From assembly GCA_012060505.1 (NCBI GenBank), contig GCA_012060505.1_3027.1: a DNA stretch of 20,833 nucleotides; one strand, 5' to 3'. This document shows, piece after piece, positions 8,939 through 19,810 of the stretch. Made by a program: the position numbers and the translations under genes. How positions within the stretch are numbered: position 1 is the stretch's first letter; every line of letters begins with the position of its first letter. Source of the DNA: a phage. The notes under the pieces are model-generated. The model was given only the letters and a program-made list of their open reading frames with translations, did not search any database and was not told the DNA's origin.

Positions 8939-9166
8939 TTATTTTTTCTCAACCAATGATTGAATATAATCATGTAGGTCTTTAGATGCTTTACCCCACT
9001 TATTTTGATATTCATTTTTGAGATTAGCACGTGATTGAGCTAATAAAACATCATTAGTTGGAGGTAAAGATTCTAACCGCTGAATCTGGCGTCCGTAAAT
9101 CATTGCAGCCATCTCGGATTCATAAATCAATCCTTTGAGATGTTCAAATTGATACCATGAAATCAT
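8939..9166 (-). CDS. Hypothetical protein, 75 aa (pseT.1-like by position)
   Basis: ORF track; ATG start; ATGA overlap with the lipoprotein ORF upstream. Confidence 0.5.
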   Translation of the reverse strand: MISWYQFEHLKGLIYESEMAAMIYGRQIQRLESLPPTNDVLLAQSRANLKNEYQNKWGKASKDLHDYIQSLVEKK

Positions 9167-9462
9167 TTACATTTATCCTCTTTTAGCTCTTGACGATAAT
9201 AACATATCATAGTTTTCTGGTCATGTACATATCGTTTTACATCATTAAGCCAAATACGAAATTCCTGGGAATCTTCAAATGGCATACCGACCCAAGCTTT
9301 ACCATCAATAACTTTAACTTGCCAAGATAGTTTAGCTTCGTCATATGACTTTATTTGCACAGGCCAATTAGGATGAACTGTTTCTTTCTTTACTTCTAGA
9401 GGCTTTGTCGAACAACCAACTAGAAGACCAATAGATAATATTACTGCAGATAATTTAATCAT
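9163..9462 (-). CDS. Outer-membrane lipoprotein spanin (o-spanin), 99 aa; T4 pseT.2 equivalent
   Basis: Signal peptide ending in lipobox LLVGC; short mature protein with C-terminal Cys residues; immediately downstream of the i-spanin-like ORF with ATGA coupling. Confidence 0.7.
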   Translation of the reverse strand: MIKLSAVILSIGLLVGCSTKPLEVKKETVHPNWPVQIKSYDEAKLSWQVKVIDGKAWVGMPFEDSQEFRIWLNDVKRYVHDQKTMICYYRQELKEDKCK

Positions 9463-9812
9463 TTAGAAAGGTCCTGGATGTCTTCTGCGAACTTGTTGAA
9501 GGAGTTGTTGATTTGTTTTTCAACCAATCCTGGCTTACGAGCCACCACATCCGCCTTCTTTGCATCTTTGCGCAGTTTTTCATTTTCACGCTCAATAGCA
9601 GCAATCGCCTCACGATTTTTATTATTCATCGCATCAATATAATTATACTGAATTCGCAAATTATTTAATGCTAAGGCGTTTTCATTGGCCGTTTTTGTAA
9701 TTTCAGTAACTGATGTTTCTAATCTTTCTACCTTATTTTTTAAAATAATAGATGTTCCGCCAAATGCTATTACAAGTAATAGCAATCCAGCTGTAAAATT
9801 ACTTACATGCAT
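9459..9812 (-). CDS. Inner-membrane spanin (i-spanin), 117 aa; T4 pseT.3 equivalent
   Basis: Single N-terminal transmembrane helix (FTAGLLLLVIAFGGTSIIL) followed by a charged, heptad-like periplasmic region; start overlaps the alc stop. Confidence 0.7.
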   Translation of the reverse strand: MHVSNFTAGLLLLVIAFGGTSIILKNKVERLETSVTEITKTANENALALNNLRIQYNYIDAMNNKNREAIAAIERENEKLRKDAKKADVVARKPGLVEKQINNSFNKFAEDIQDLSK

Positions 9813-10309
9813 AAAGTTTTAATAACCTCTATAATATCGTCTTGAGAAAGACCGTTAATTAAAATATGATGTTCAGCCGGAGATTTAGAAATTTTAAAGC
9901 ACGCCGCAACATCTTCTGCCATATCCGATGCGCTACGATTTGGATTACTAATTCCAAGACGATGCTTTCCAGTCAAAGGATTAACGATGATATAGCATTT
10001 ACAGCTATTAATGTGAACATTAGGTTGAGTCTGATTAATGAATACTTCACAATCGTATTTCGCAAACTGATTTTCTAAAAAGACTTTCATCTCCTCAACC
10101 GCATCGGGAAGCATATCACGGGCTTGCTCAAGACGACGATTTCGATATTCTTTAGTGGTCGTTTTCCGCTTGACTTGCTTAGCTAAATCTTTCTTAAGAT
10201 CGGTGATATATCCAACTCGACGATTTCCTTTGAATACAGAAATCCCATCTGTAGTATCACCGTATGCTTCAACGACCATTTCAGTAGTAATAAGCTGCAA
10301 ATCCATCAT
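9803..10309 (-). CDS. alc: Alc, host transcription elongation inhibitor
   Basis: MDLQLITTEMVVEAYGDTTDGISVFKGNRR... matches recollected T4 Alc; tandem ATG start, may be 10306. Confidence 0.85.
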   Translation of the reverse strand: MMDLQLITTEMVVEAYGDTTDGISVFKGNRRVGYITDLKKDLAKQVKRKTTTKEYRNRRLEQARDMLPDAVEEMKVFLENQFAKYDCEVFINQTQPNVHINSCKCYIIVNPLTGKHRLGISNPNRSASDMAEDVAACFKISKSPAEHHILINGLSQDDIIEVIKTLCM

Positions 10310-10310
10310 A

Positions 10311-10368
10311 AAGTCCTCATGTTATGTCAGTAAGACTACTATAACACAACATGAGGGACTTGTAAACA
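10311..10368 (-). promoter_or_regulatory. T4 early-type promoter upstream of alc, inside a 13-bp inverted repeat that includes the alc Shine-Dalgarno
   Basis: Minus strand GTTTAC-AAGTCCCTCATGTT-gtgtTATAGTagtcttactgacat-AACATGAGGACTT-t-ATG; 13/14 arm match with one bulged C. Confidence 0.6.
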
Positions 10369-10370
10369 GC

Positions 10371-11958
<1,588 letters not shown>

Positions 11959-11985
11959 AATAAAATGGGCCTTGCGGCCCACTCC
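11959..11985 (-). terminator. Hairpin with GCAA (GNRA) loop between nrdB and denA; possible attenuating terminator or stability element
   Basis: Minus strand reads GGGCC-gcaa-GGCCC followed by ATTTTATTATG, the last ATG being the denA start. Confidence 0.5.
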
Positions 11986-13164
11986 TTAAAAGTATTTTTT
12001 AAAACTCATCATAACTTTATCATCAACATCATTATCAATCTGTGCAACAAGATAAGATGACAGCTCTACTTCTTGCGGTGCAGATTGAACATTATCAGAA
12101 TTAAGATATTCACGAATCCAAGGATATGGATGTTTAACCGGAGCATCGGTAATTGGGCATGGAAGACCACACTGTTTCATACGAGATACAGTTAAGTAAT
12201 CAATAAAGCTCCACATGCTATTTGTATTTAATCCAGGAACATCGCCATCTTTAAATAAATGAACTGCCCAATCTTTTTCTTGGCGGTTAACTTCCATGAA
12301 AATATCAACTGCTTCTTGTTCACACTCTTTGGCAATTTTAACCCATTCATCACCATCAGTACCGGATTGAAGTTGACGAATAATATATTGTGTACCTTTA
12401 AGATGAAGCTGCTCATCACGTGCAATAAATTTCATAATCTTCGCATTACCTTCCATGATTTCCATGTTCTTATGGAAGTTGAAAGTACATGCAAAGGATA
12501 CATAAAAACGAATAGCTTCCAGAGCATTGATAACGTGCAGACAGAGATAAAGCGACTTCATCAGGTCTCGTTTACATTCTTCCAAATGAGTGAGACTGTT
12601 TGAATATGCTTCTAAATCATATTCATTTTCAGCAAAATAACTAAAGTTTTCTTTGGCGTTTTCCCAAATACGTGTCTTGTCCAGAACATCATCATAATAA
12701 CGACCAATAGATTCAGCACGTTTCATGATAGCTTTATCTAATACAATCTCATCAAATACCTTTGACGGATCAGTATAAAGATTTCGCATAATATGAGTGT
12801 ATGAACGACTGTGAATGGTTTCACTAAAAGTCCATGTAGCAACCCATGTATCAAGGCTTGGGTCTGAAATCAATGACATAAGTACAGCAGACGGTGCACG
12901 ACCCTGAATGCTATCTAGAAGTGATTGATACTTCAGATTATTAGTAAAAATATTTTGCTGATACTGAGGAAGCTTATTAAATTGCGCAGCATCCATCATT
13001 AAGTTTACTTCTTCAGGACGCCAGAAAAATGACAACTGCTTTTCGGTTAAATCTTCAAAAACTTTATGACGTTGAATATCATAACGCGCAATACCAAGAC
13101 CTGAACCAAAAAACATAGGTTCTTTTAAAACATCAACTGGATTTGTATTAAAAACTGTGCTCAT
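11986..13164 (-). CDS. nrdB: Ribonucleotide reductase class Ia small subunit, uninterrupted
   Basis: 392-aa continuous ORF, ferritin-like R2; position after nrdA. No intron-like interruption. Confidence 0.9.
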   Translation of the reverse strand: MSTVFNTNPVDVLKEPMFFGSGLGIARYDIQRHKVFEDLTEKQLSFFWRPEEVNLMMDAAQFNKLPQYQQNIFTNNLKYQSLLDSIQGRAPSAVLMSLISDPSLDTWVATWTFSETIHSRSYTHIMRNLYTDPSKVFDEIVLDKAIMKRAESIGRYYDDVLDKTRIWENAKENFSYFAENEYDLEAYSNSLTHLEECKRDLMKSLYLCLHVINALEAIRFYVSFACTFNFHKNMEIMEGNAKIMKFIARDEQLHLKGTQYIIRQLQSGTDGDEWVKIAKECEQEAVDIFMEVNRQEKDWAVHLFKDGDVPGLNTNSMWSFIDYLTVSRMKQCGLPCPITDAPVKHPYPWIREYLNSDNVQSAPQEVELSSYLVAQIDNDVDDKVMMSFKKYF

Positions 13165-13215
13165 AAATTTTCCACTTAGTTAATAGATAGTGACTCGTCC
13201 ATGAGTCAAATTATA

Positions 13216-15480
13216 TCATAATTTACAGGATGAACAATCTTCAGCTTTTGGAGTTTCTATTTCATAATCATCAGTACCAGAACCATCACGGGTATTATGA
13301 TAATAGAAATTTTTAATGCCATAATACCATCCGTATAGCATATCATCAATCATTATTGACATTGGAACCTTTCCTTTTGGAAAAATCTGTGGGTCATAAT
13401 ATGTATTCGCTGAAGCTGATTGACATACCCATTTCAGCATAATAGCTACCTGCGTAAGATAAGGTTTATTACCTTTCTTAGCTAATTTCCATGTATAATC
13501 ATAAAGGTCTATGTTATGCTCAATATTGGGCACGACTTGATTAAAGGAGCCCTCTTTTGATTCTTTAACAGAGACTGGTCCACGTGGAGGCTCGATACCG
13601 TTTGTACTGTTAGAAACTTGGGAAGATGACTCACATGGCATAAGTGCTGATAATGTGCTATTACGGATGCCAAAGAGCTTAAGGTCTTCCCGCAGCGACG
13701 ACCAGTCACAAACGTATTTTGGAGCTGCGATTTGGTCAATCTTTTTATTGTACCAGTCGATAGGTAATTCGCCTCGAGACCAACGAGTGTCTGAATAATA
13801 TTCACAAGGTCCTTTTTCTTTGGCGAGCTTAATGGATGCTTTAATGAGTCCATACTGTAATCTCTCAAATAGTTCATGTGTTAAATCGTTAGCATCTTCA
13901 TAAGAAGCAAAGTTACTTGCCAGCCAAGCTGCATAGTTGGTAACACCTACACCAAGGTTACGACGCTTTTTAGCTTTTTCTGCTTCAGGAACTGGATATC
14001 CTTGGTAATCCAAAAGATTATCAAGAGCGCGAACTTGAACTTCTGCCAATTCATTAATTTTATCTTGGTCTTGCCAGTCAAAATTATCTAGTACGAATGC
14101 AGAGAGAGTACACAATCCAATTTCAGCATCAGGACTATTCACATCATTTGTTGGAATAGCAATTTCACAGCACAAGTTACTCTGGCGAATAGGTGCCTTT
14201 TCACGAATAAACGGAGTGTAGTTATTCGTATTATCAATGAACTGCACATAAATCCTTGCTGTTCCTGAGCGTTCAGTCATGAGCAATTCAAATAGTTCAC
14301 GGGCTTTAATACGCTTTTTACGAATATTAGGGTCTTTTTCTGCAGCTTCATACAATTCACGGAAACGGTCTTGGTCTTTAAAATAAGAATAATAAAGCTC
14401 TCCGCCCATTTCATGGGGACTGAACAAAGTAATGTAATCGTTCTTTCCAAAACGTTCCATCATCAAATCATTCAGTTGAACACCATAATCCATATGACGA
14501 ATGCGGTTTTCTTCTACACCTTTGTTATTTTTCAAAACGAGAAGATTTTCAACTTCCAAATGCCAAATAGGATAATAAGCAGTAGCAGCGCCGCCACGAA
14601 TTCCACCCTGTGAACATGATTTAACTGCAGTCTGAAAATGTTTCCAGAAAGGAATAACACCAGTATGGCGTACTTCACCCATGCCAATCTTAGAACCTTC
14701 GGCACGAATCATACCAACGTTAATACCAATTCCAGCGCGTTTAGAGATATATTCAACAATTGAAGCGGAAGCCTTATTGATAGACTTTAATGAATCACCT
14801 GCCTCAATAACAACGCATGAACTAAACTGTCGAGTCGGAGTACGGCAACCAGCCATAATAGGAGTTGGCAATGAAATCTGTCGAGTAGATACTGCTTCAT
14901 AAAAACGGATAACGTGTTTTAATCTATCAACAGGTTCATCTTGATGCAATGCCATTCCAATAGTCATAAATGCAAACTGTGGAGTTTCATAAATTTGACC
15001 AGTGGTTTTATCTTTAACTAGATATTTTTCTTTTAATTGCATCGCCCCGGAATAAGTAAATTCCATATCCCGCTCGTGCTTAATTTTTGATTCTAAAAAT
15101 GTAATTTCTTCTGCAGAATATTTTGACAACAATTCAGGGTCGTATTTACCTTCATTTACACAGTAAGAAATATGGTCAATAAATGAACGTGGTTCATACT
15201 GCCCATAAACATGCTTACGAAGAGCAAACATTAAACAGCGTGCAGCTACATATTGATAATCAGGTTCTTCAACCGAAATAGAATTCGCAGCGGCCTTAAT
15301 GACAATAGTCTGAATATCATCAGTTGTCATTCCATCACGGAGATAAGATTTAATATTTTCATATAATTCATAAGGATCGACTGATGTTCCTTCAGCTGCC
15401 CAAGATAAAACTTTAATAATTTTTTGTGGGTCAAAGCTCTGAGAAACACCACTACTTTTGATAACATTAATTAATTGCAT
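13216..15480 (-). CDS. nrdA: Ribonucleotide reductase class Ia large subunit, 754 aa
   Basis: Length matches recollected T4 NrdA; active-site region NLCCEIAIPT and C-terminal Cys pair (CSSCKL) typical of class Ia R1. Confidence 0.95.
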   Translation of the reverse strand: MQLINVIKSSGVSQSFDPQKIIKVLSWAAEGTSVDPYELYENIKSYLRDGMTTDDIQTIVIKAAANSISVEEPDYQYVAARCLMFALRKHVYGQYEPRSFIDHISYCVNEGKYDPELLSKYSAEEITFLESKIKHERDMEFTYSGAMQLKEKYLVKDKTTGQIYETPQFAFMTIGMALHQDEPVDRLKHVIRFYEAVSTRQISLPTPIMAGCRTPTRQFSSCVVIEAGDSLKSINKASASIVEYISKRAGIGINVGMIRAEGSKIGMGEVRHTGVIPFWKHFQTAVKSCSQGGIRGGAATAYYPIWHLEVENLLVLKNNKGVEENRIRHMDYGVQLNDLMMERFGKNDYITLFSPHEMGGELYYSYFKDQDRFRELYEAAEKDPNIRKKRIKARELFELLMTERSGTARIYVQFIDNTNNYTPFIREKAPIRQSNLCCEIAIPTNDVNSPDAEIGLCTLSAFVLDNFDWQDQDKINELAEVQVRALDNLLDYQGYPVPEAEKAKKRRNLGVGVTNYAAWLASNFASYEDANDLTHELFERLQYGLIKASIKLAKEKGPCEYYSDTRWSRGELPIDWYNKKIDQIAAPKYVCDWSSLREDLKLFGIRNSTLSALMPCESSSQVSNSTNGIEPPRGPVSVKESKEGSFNQVVPNIEHNIDLYDYTWKLAKKGNKPYLTQVAIMLKWVCQSASANTYYDPQIFPKGKVPMSIMIDDMLYGWYYGIKNFYYHNTRDGSGTDDYEIETPKAEDCSSCKL

Positions 15481-15797
15481 AAGTCCTCAACTTGAAAATC
15501 GTCTTTAAACAATCGGTTAACTATATGAGCTATTATATCACCATGACACGGCTTTGGTTTACATGTGCATCCTAGCCTCATTCCACGTAAAGGCTCTAAA
15601 TGTGCTTTAGTTATTTCTCCGGATTTAATTCGACGTATAAAATCTTTTTTGAATAATTCAATGGCAGCCTCCCGGCTGCCAGCATCTTTACCGACGTAAT
15701 TTCCCCAAAATGTACCACGGTGAATATTAACATCAAAGTCGGATTTATATTTATTTACTACTCGGCATATACGGCCTGTGCGGTTGTAAGTGTTCAT
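15471..15797 (-). CDS. DUF4326-like small protein (nrdA.1-like by position)
   Basis: FWGN...[11 protein letters not shown] pattern resembles the DUF4326 signature as I recall it; ATG start; 10-nt overlap with nrdA start. Confidence 0.55.
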   Translation of the reverse strand: MNTYNRTGRICRVVNKYKSDFDVNIHRGTFWGNYVGKDAGSREAAIELFKKDFIRRIKSGEITKAHLEPLRGMRLGCTCKPKPCHGDIIAHIVNRLFKDDFQVEDLCN

Positions 15798-16014
15798 ATT
15801 GTTCTTCCGTTAAAACAGTAATATCGTAGTAACAGTCAGAAGAAGTTTTAACTGTGGAAATTTTATTATCAAAATACTCACGAGTCATTTTATGAGTATA
15901 ATATTTTTTGCCATAAATGATAATAGGCTGATTTGGTCCTGGAACTTCTAACTCGCTTGGATTAGGAAGTGTAAAAAGAACTACACCAGAAGTATCTTTA
16001 AATCGTAAAATCAT
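15751..16014 (-). CDS. Hypothetical protein (nrdA.2-like by position)
   Basis: ORF track 15751..16026 appears to start at TTG; moved to in-frame ATG at 16014. Overlaps the downstream ORF by about 47 nt in another frame. Confidence 0.45.
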   Translation of the reverse strand: MILRFKDTSGVVLFTLPNPSELEVPGPNQPIIIYGKKYYTHKMTREYFDNKISTVKTSSDCYYDITVLTEEQYEHLQPHRPYMPSSK

Positions 16015-16034
16015 ATATCCTCGCAATAATAAAA

Positions 16035-16895
16035 TTACACCGCCATTTTTCCTTTAATTGGCGGATGAGATACATAGTTGTTAAGAACAAAATTATGAGG
16101 CTTTGCAAATTGACTCAACCAAAATACCTGCGATTCTGTGCCCCATTCATCAAATTCATCTGGAAATTTTAATTGTAATTCGCATAAATCCATAGGTTCA
16201 CGACATAAAATTTCTTTACATTGTTCTACGTGATTCATATAGATATGAGTATTACCACCAGAAAATATCAAATCTCCCGGAATAAGATTACACATCTTAG
16301 CTACAATATGAACTAACGTAGCATATGATGCAATATTAAATGGAAGACCGAGGAAAACATCTACCGAACGTTGATACCACTGAAGGTCAAGGTATCCATT
16401 ACGCACATTAAACTGATAGAACATATGACAAGGCGGTAATGCCATATATTTAAGTTCAGCTGGATTCCACGCAGAAACAATTTGACGCCTATCATTTGGC
16501 AGTTTTTTAATACGATCAATAACTTCTATAATTTGATCTACACCGCCAAAATCACGCCACTGTTTTCCATAAATTGGACCAAGTTCACCGCTATGGTATC
16601 CTAAATCTTTTGCTTGATTTTCGTAATTTTCATCCCAGACTGTTTTGCCTTGAATTAATGAATCATGTTGAATTAATCGCAAATCATTGACATTTGTGCT
16701 TCCTGATAAAAACCATATTAGCTCAGCAATGCATGCATTCCAGGCGAGCTTTTTAGTTGTTACTGCAGGAAAACCTTTGGTTAAATCCCAACGCAATTTA
16801 GTACCGAACAGAGCAATTGTTCCTGTGCCCGTTCGGTCATCGGTTTCATAGCCATTTTCAAAAATGTCTTTAATTAAATCTTGGTATTGTTTCAT
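16035..16895 (-). CDS. td: Thymidylate synthase, 286 aa, uninterrupted
   Basis: ThyA active-site motif PCH ([11 protein letters not shown]); one continuous ORF of the length recollected for T4 Td, so no intron and no I-TevI ORF. Confidence 0.95.
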   Translation of the reverse strand: MKQYQDLIKDIFENGYETDDRTGTGTIALFGTKLRWDLTKGFPAVTTKKLAWNACIAELIWFLSGSTNVNDLRLIQHDSLIQGKTVWDENYENQAKDLGYHSGELGPIYGKQWRDFGGVDQIIEVIDRIKKLPNDRRQIVSAWNPAELKYMALPPCHMFYQFNVRNGYLDLQWYQRSVDVFLGLPFNIASYATLVHIVAKMCNLIPGDLIFSGGNTHIYMNHVEQCKEILCREPMDLCELQLKFPDEFDEWGTESQVFWLSQFAKPHNFVLNNYVSHPPIKGKMAV

Positions 16896-16940
16896 TTAGT
16901 ACCTTATATAAATTATAATACATTTTATGAAGCTAAATAA

Positions 16941-17288
16941 TCAATACGGTTTAGCATCAAATTTTCTCTCAATTTCAGGCGTGAAATATAATTCTTTACC
17001 GCGTTTGGAAAAGCGACCAATAATATGATAATTATTCTCATCAAACGTGATATTACCAATATCCATAGCTTTCAACCAAATATCGATATTTCTATCCAGC
17101 TTTATGTCAAAATTCCAATACGGAGAACTATTACCGAAAATACTACAAGCGGATTCAGTGAAACAACTGCTATAAATCTTGTCTTTAGGAACTACTAATT
17201 GATAGACACCTTTAATAAACTGAGGACCCTGCCACTTTGGCTGTTTCTCATCTTTTTCTAATAGAATAGGGTAATAATTAAAATTCAT
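16941..17288 (-). CDS. Hypothetical protein, 115 aa, between frd and td
   Basis: ORF track; ATG start preceded by a GC-rich stretch (gcgcggcgg) unusual for this AT-rich region; no recognisable motif. Confidence 0.55.
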   Translation of the reverse strand: MNFNYYPILLEKDEKQPKWQGPQFIKGVYQLVVPKDKIYSSCFTESACSIFGNSSPYWNFDIKLDRNIDIWLKAMDIGNITFDENNYHIIGRFSKRGKELYFTPEIERKFDAKPY

Positions 17289-17307
17289 ATTTCCGCCGCG
17301 CGTTATT

Positions 17308-18130
<823 letters not shown>

Positions 18131-18134
<4 letters not shown>

Positions 18135-18490
18135 ATTATCTCCCATTGAAAAGAGTCATGAGCATATCCGCTAGCGTCAATCATTTTAACTAAAGTTACC
18201 ATTCCTCTGTTAACTGCTTGCGCGATTTCATCAAAAACTTCGTCACTATCATCGTAAAGATCATTAAAAAGTTCTAACACGTTCTTCTGAACTTTTAATT
18301 TACGGCCGACAATTTCGCCTACAGTAAATTCGTTTCCGCCAAATCCAGCGTAAAATGTAATTACACCCATTAACTGGCTTTCACGAGAATCTATGTCGTG
18401 TGATAAATTAATAAAAGCCGTCCCAGGCGCGGTTTTAAGTTGGCAACGAATTTTTACTTGGGTAATTCCAGTTATATGAATGTTAGACAT
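18131..18490 (-). CDS. Hypothetical protein, 119 aa
   Basis: ORF track; ATG preceded by GAGGAAA. Confidence 0.55.
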
Positions 18491-18500
18491 AATATTTTCC

Positions 18501-18743
18501 TCAGACAGACTTTTTCACAATTTTCCAATCAGCTTTAAACTGATCAACGTCAGAATGGTAAATCCAGAATCCTGCGCTTTCTCCGTCTTCATAAAGAGGA
18601 CATCCATCGCATTCATCTTCCCATCCCATATCACGTAAAAGATGTTCAGCTTTTTCAATGAGTTCAGAATCTTTACCGATGATATTAAAATACCATTTAC
18701 CTCTAACTTCTGAATCTTTAATGCTCTGGCGTTGTAATCTCAT
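18501..18743 (-). CDS. Hypothetical protein, 80 aa; first gene behind an early-type promoter
   Basis: ORF track; ATG preceded by GAGGAG; promoter GTTTAC-N18-TGaTACTAT about 30 bp upstream. Confidence 0.55.
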   Translation of the reverse strand: MRLQRQSIKDSEVRGKWYFNIIGKDSELIEKAEHLLRDMGWEDECDGCPLYEDGESAGFWIYHSDVDQFKADWKIVKKSV

Positions 18744-18765
18744 TTTATTCTCCTCAGTAGTTGAT

Positions 18766-18802
18766 AGGGTAATAGTATCACACTACTACCCTGTTGTAAA
18801 CA
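18766..18802 (-). promoter_or_regulatory. T4 early-type promoter upstream of the three-ORF cassette 17889-18743
   Basis: Minus strand aaaaataattGTTTAC-18 nt-TGaTACTAT; inverted repeat AGGGTA...TACCCT flanks the -10. Confidence 0.6.
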
Positions 18803-18803
18803 A

Positions 18804-19064
18804 TTATTTTTGAATTTTATCGAGCCACTTACCAAGCTTAATCATTTCTTTAGTAGCCTTTTCCATACTTCTGAACTTAACCAATAGAGGATAGGTATCG
18901 ACACCCATAACTAAATTGGTTGCAAGACTGTGTTCACCCACAAGCCATAACGAATACGTTTGAATATCGAGTCCGTAATTTCTGTCTTTATGGACCCGTA
19001 CACCCATCACTTCAAATTTCTCACTAGCTTTTTCTACCGCATCCAGGAAATCATCTTTAGTCAT
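18804..19064 (-). CDS. Hypothetical protein (frd.1-like by position); longer alternative start at 19106
   Basis: ORF track 18804..19106; start at 19106 would overlap the upstream ORF by about 41 nt with no Shine-Dalgarno, whereas the in-frame ATG at 19064 follows the upstream TAA. Confidence 0.45.
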   Translation of the reverse strand: MTKDDFLDAVEKASEKFEVMGVRVHKDRNYGLDIQTYSLWLVGEHSLATNLVMGVDTYPLLVKFRSMEKATKEMIKLGKWLDKIQK

Positions 19065-19065
19065 A

Positions 19066-19452
19066 TTAGGCCTTAAAAGTTTTTCGCAAAAGTTCAATGA
19101 TTTCATCTACATTGTTTTCATCAACAATGCAGTGAATTTTTGTTACGCCAGAAACTATACCTTCATTAGCGGATTGAGGCTTTTCTAAAGTTACCTCAGT
19201 AAAGTATTTGAATTCTTCAGAGTAAATCTCAAAATACGTCTCAAGTGGGCCACCCGCCATGTATTCAGTGCCGTCTTCCATAGTTACACGTACCACACAG
19301 TCACCAGCACAATCATCACTTTCCATTTCATCTACAACAAAACTAGGTCCGTGCTTCTCTATTAAATTTAGCATCATTACATTGCAACGGCACTCGTTAG
19401 CAAAGTCATTTTTAAATAAAGGGTTAATGATATAAGTTTTTCCAACTTCCAC
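19066..19452 (-). CDS. Hypothetical protein, 128 aa (frd.2-like by position); apparent GTG start
   Basis: ORF track; start codon reads GTG with GAGGAAA 7 nt upstream; a GC hairpin lies just upstream. Confidence 0.5.
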   Translation of the reverse strand: MEVGKTYIINPLFKNDFANECRCNVMMLNLIEKHGPSFVVDEMESDDCAGDCVVRVTMEDGTEYMAGGPLETYFEIYSEEFKYFTEVTLEKPQSANEGIVSGVTKIHCIVDENNVDEIIELLRKTFKA

Positions 19453-19472
19453 TTTGATTTCCTCATTTTAAC

Positions 19473-19489
19473 GGGGCTATAATAGCCCC
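19473..19489 (-). other. GC hairpin directly after the frd.3-like stop
   Basis: GGGGCT-attat-AGCCCC on the minus strand, followed by guuaaaau and the Shine-Dalgarno of the next ORF. Confidence 0.4.
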
Positions 19490-19496
19490 TTGATAA

Positions 19497-19727
19497 TTAT
19501 TGTTCAATCAGCCCCATGTAAAATTCTGCGTCTTCAGAATCCATGCCATCACAATATTCATTAGCCATAAAGCGGGTAAGGTCTTCAAGAGGACCTTCAA
19601 TGACAATAGAAAAATTGCAATAATTGGGATCATCATGAATACTTGTGATACTAAGTTCAGGATAACGATTACGAATAATCTCTTCAATATATTCAAAATC
19701 AACGAAGTCAATATCAACTTTAGCCAT
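19497..19727 (-). CDS. Hypothetical acidic protein (frd.3-like by position); 76 aa from ATG at 19727
   Basis: ORF track 19497..19748; the in-frame ATG at 19727 (MAKVDIDF...) has a strong GAGGA Shine-Dalgarno, the first ATG does not. Confidence 0.5.
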   Translation of the reverse strand: MAKVDIDFVDFEYIEEIIRNRYPELSITSIHDDPNYCNFSIVIEGPLEDLTRFMANEYCDGMDSEDAEFYMGLIEQ

Positions 19728-19767
19728 ATTATTTTCCTCTTTAATCATCAGCAGTATTGCCGATAGT

Positions 19768-19801
19768 TGTATAGTACCATAAAGCCTTATGTTTGTAAAC
19801 C
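19768..19801 (-). promoter_or_regulatory. T4 early-type promoter just downstream of the gene 32 terminator, upstream of the frd.3-like ORF
   Basis: Minus strand GTTTAC-18 nt-TGgTACTAT, followed about 40 nt later by GAGGA and ATG. Confidence 0.55.
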
Positions 19802-19810
19802 GTTTTGTGA

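Noticed and set aside
9826-9840. TATTAT -10-like hexamer with a small inverted repeat inside the alc 3' end, upstream of the i-spanin start
   Set aside because: No GTTTAC -35 (ATTAAC only) and no TGn extension; lies within coding sequence; too weak to call a promoter.
12228-12603. Overlapping ORFs on both strands (65 and 114 aa)
   Set aside because: Both embedded in nrdB; the nrdB frame is the one with recognisable homology.
13509-13877. Minus-strand ORF of 122 aa
   Set aside because: Alternative frame inside nrdA.
14371-14902. Two plus-strand ORFs (80 and 73 aa)
   Set aside because: Antisense to nrdA.
19500-19766. Plus-strand 88-aa ORF and minus-strand 69-aa ORF (19508..19717)
   Set aside because: Both overlap the frd.3-like ORF in other frames; hydrophobic low-complexity products typical of AT-rich off-frame translation.
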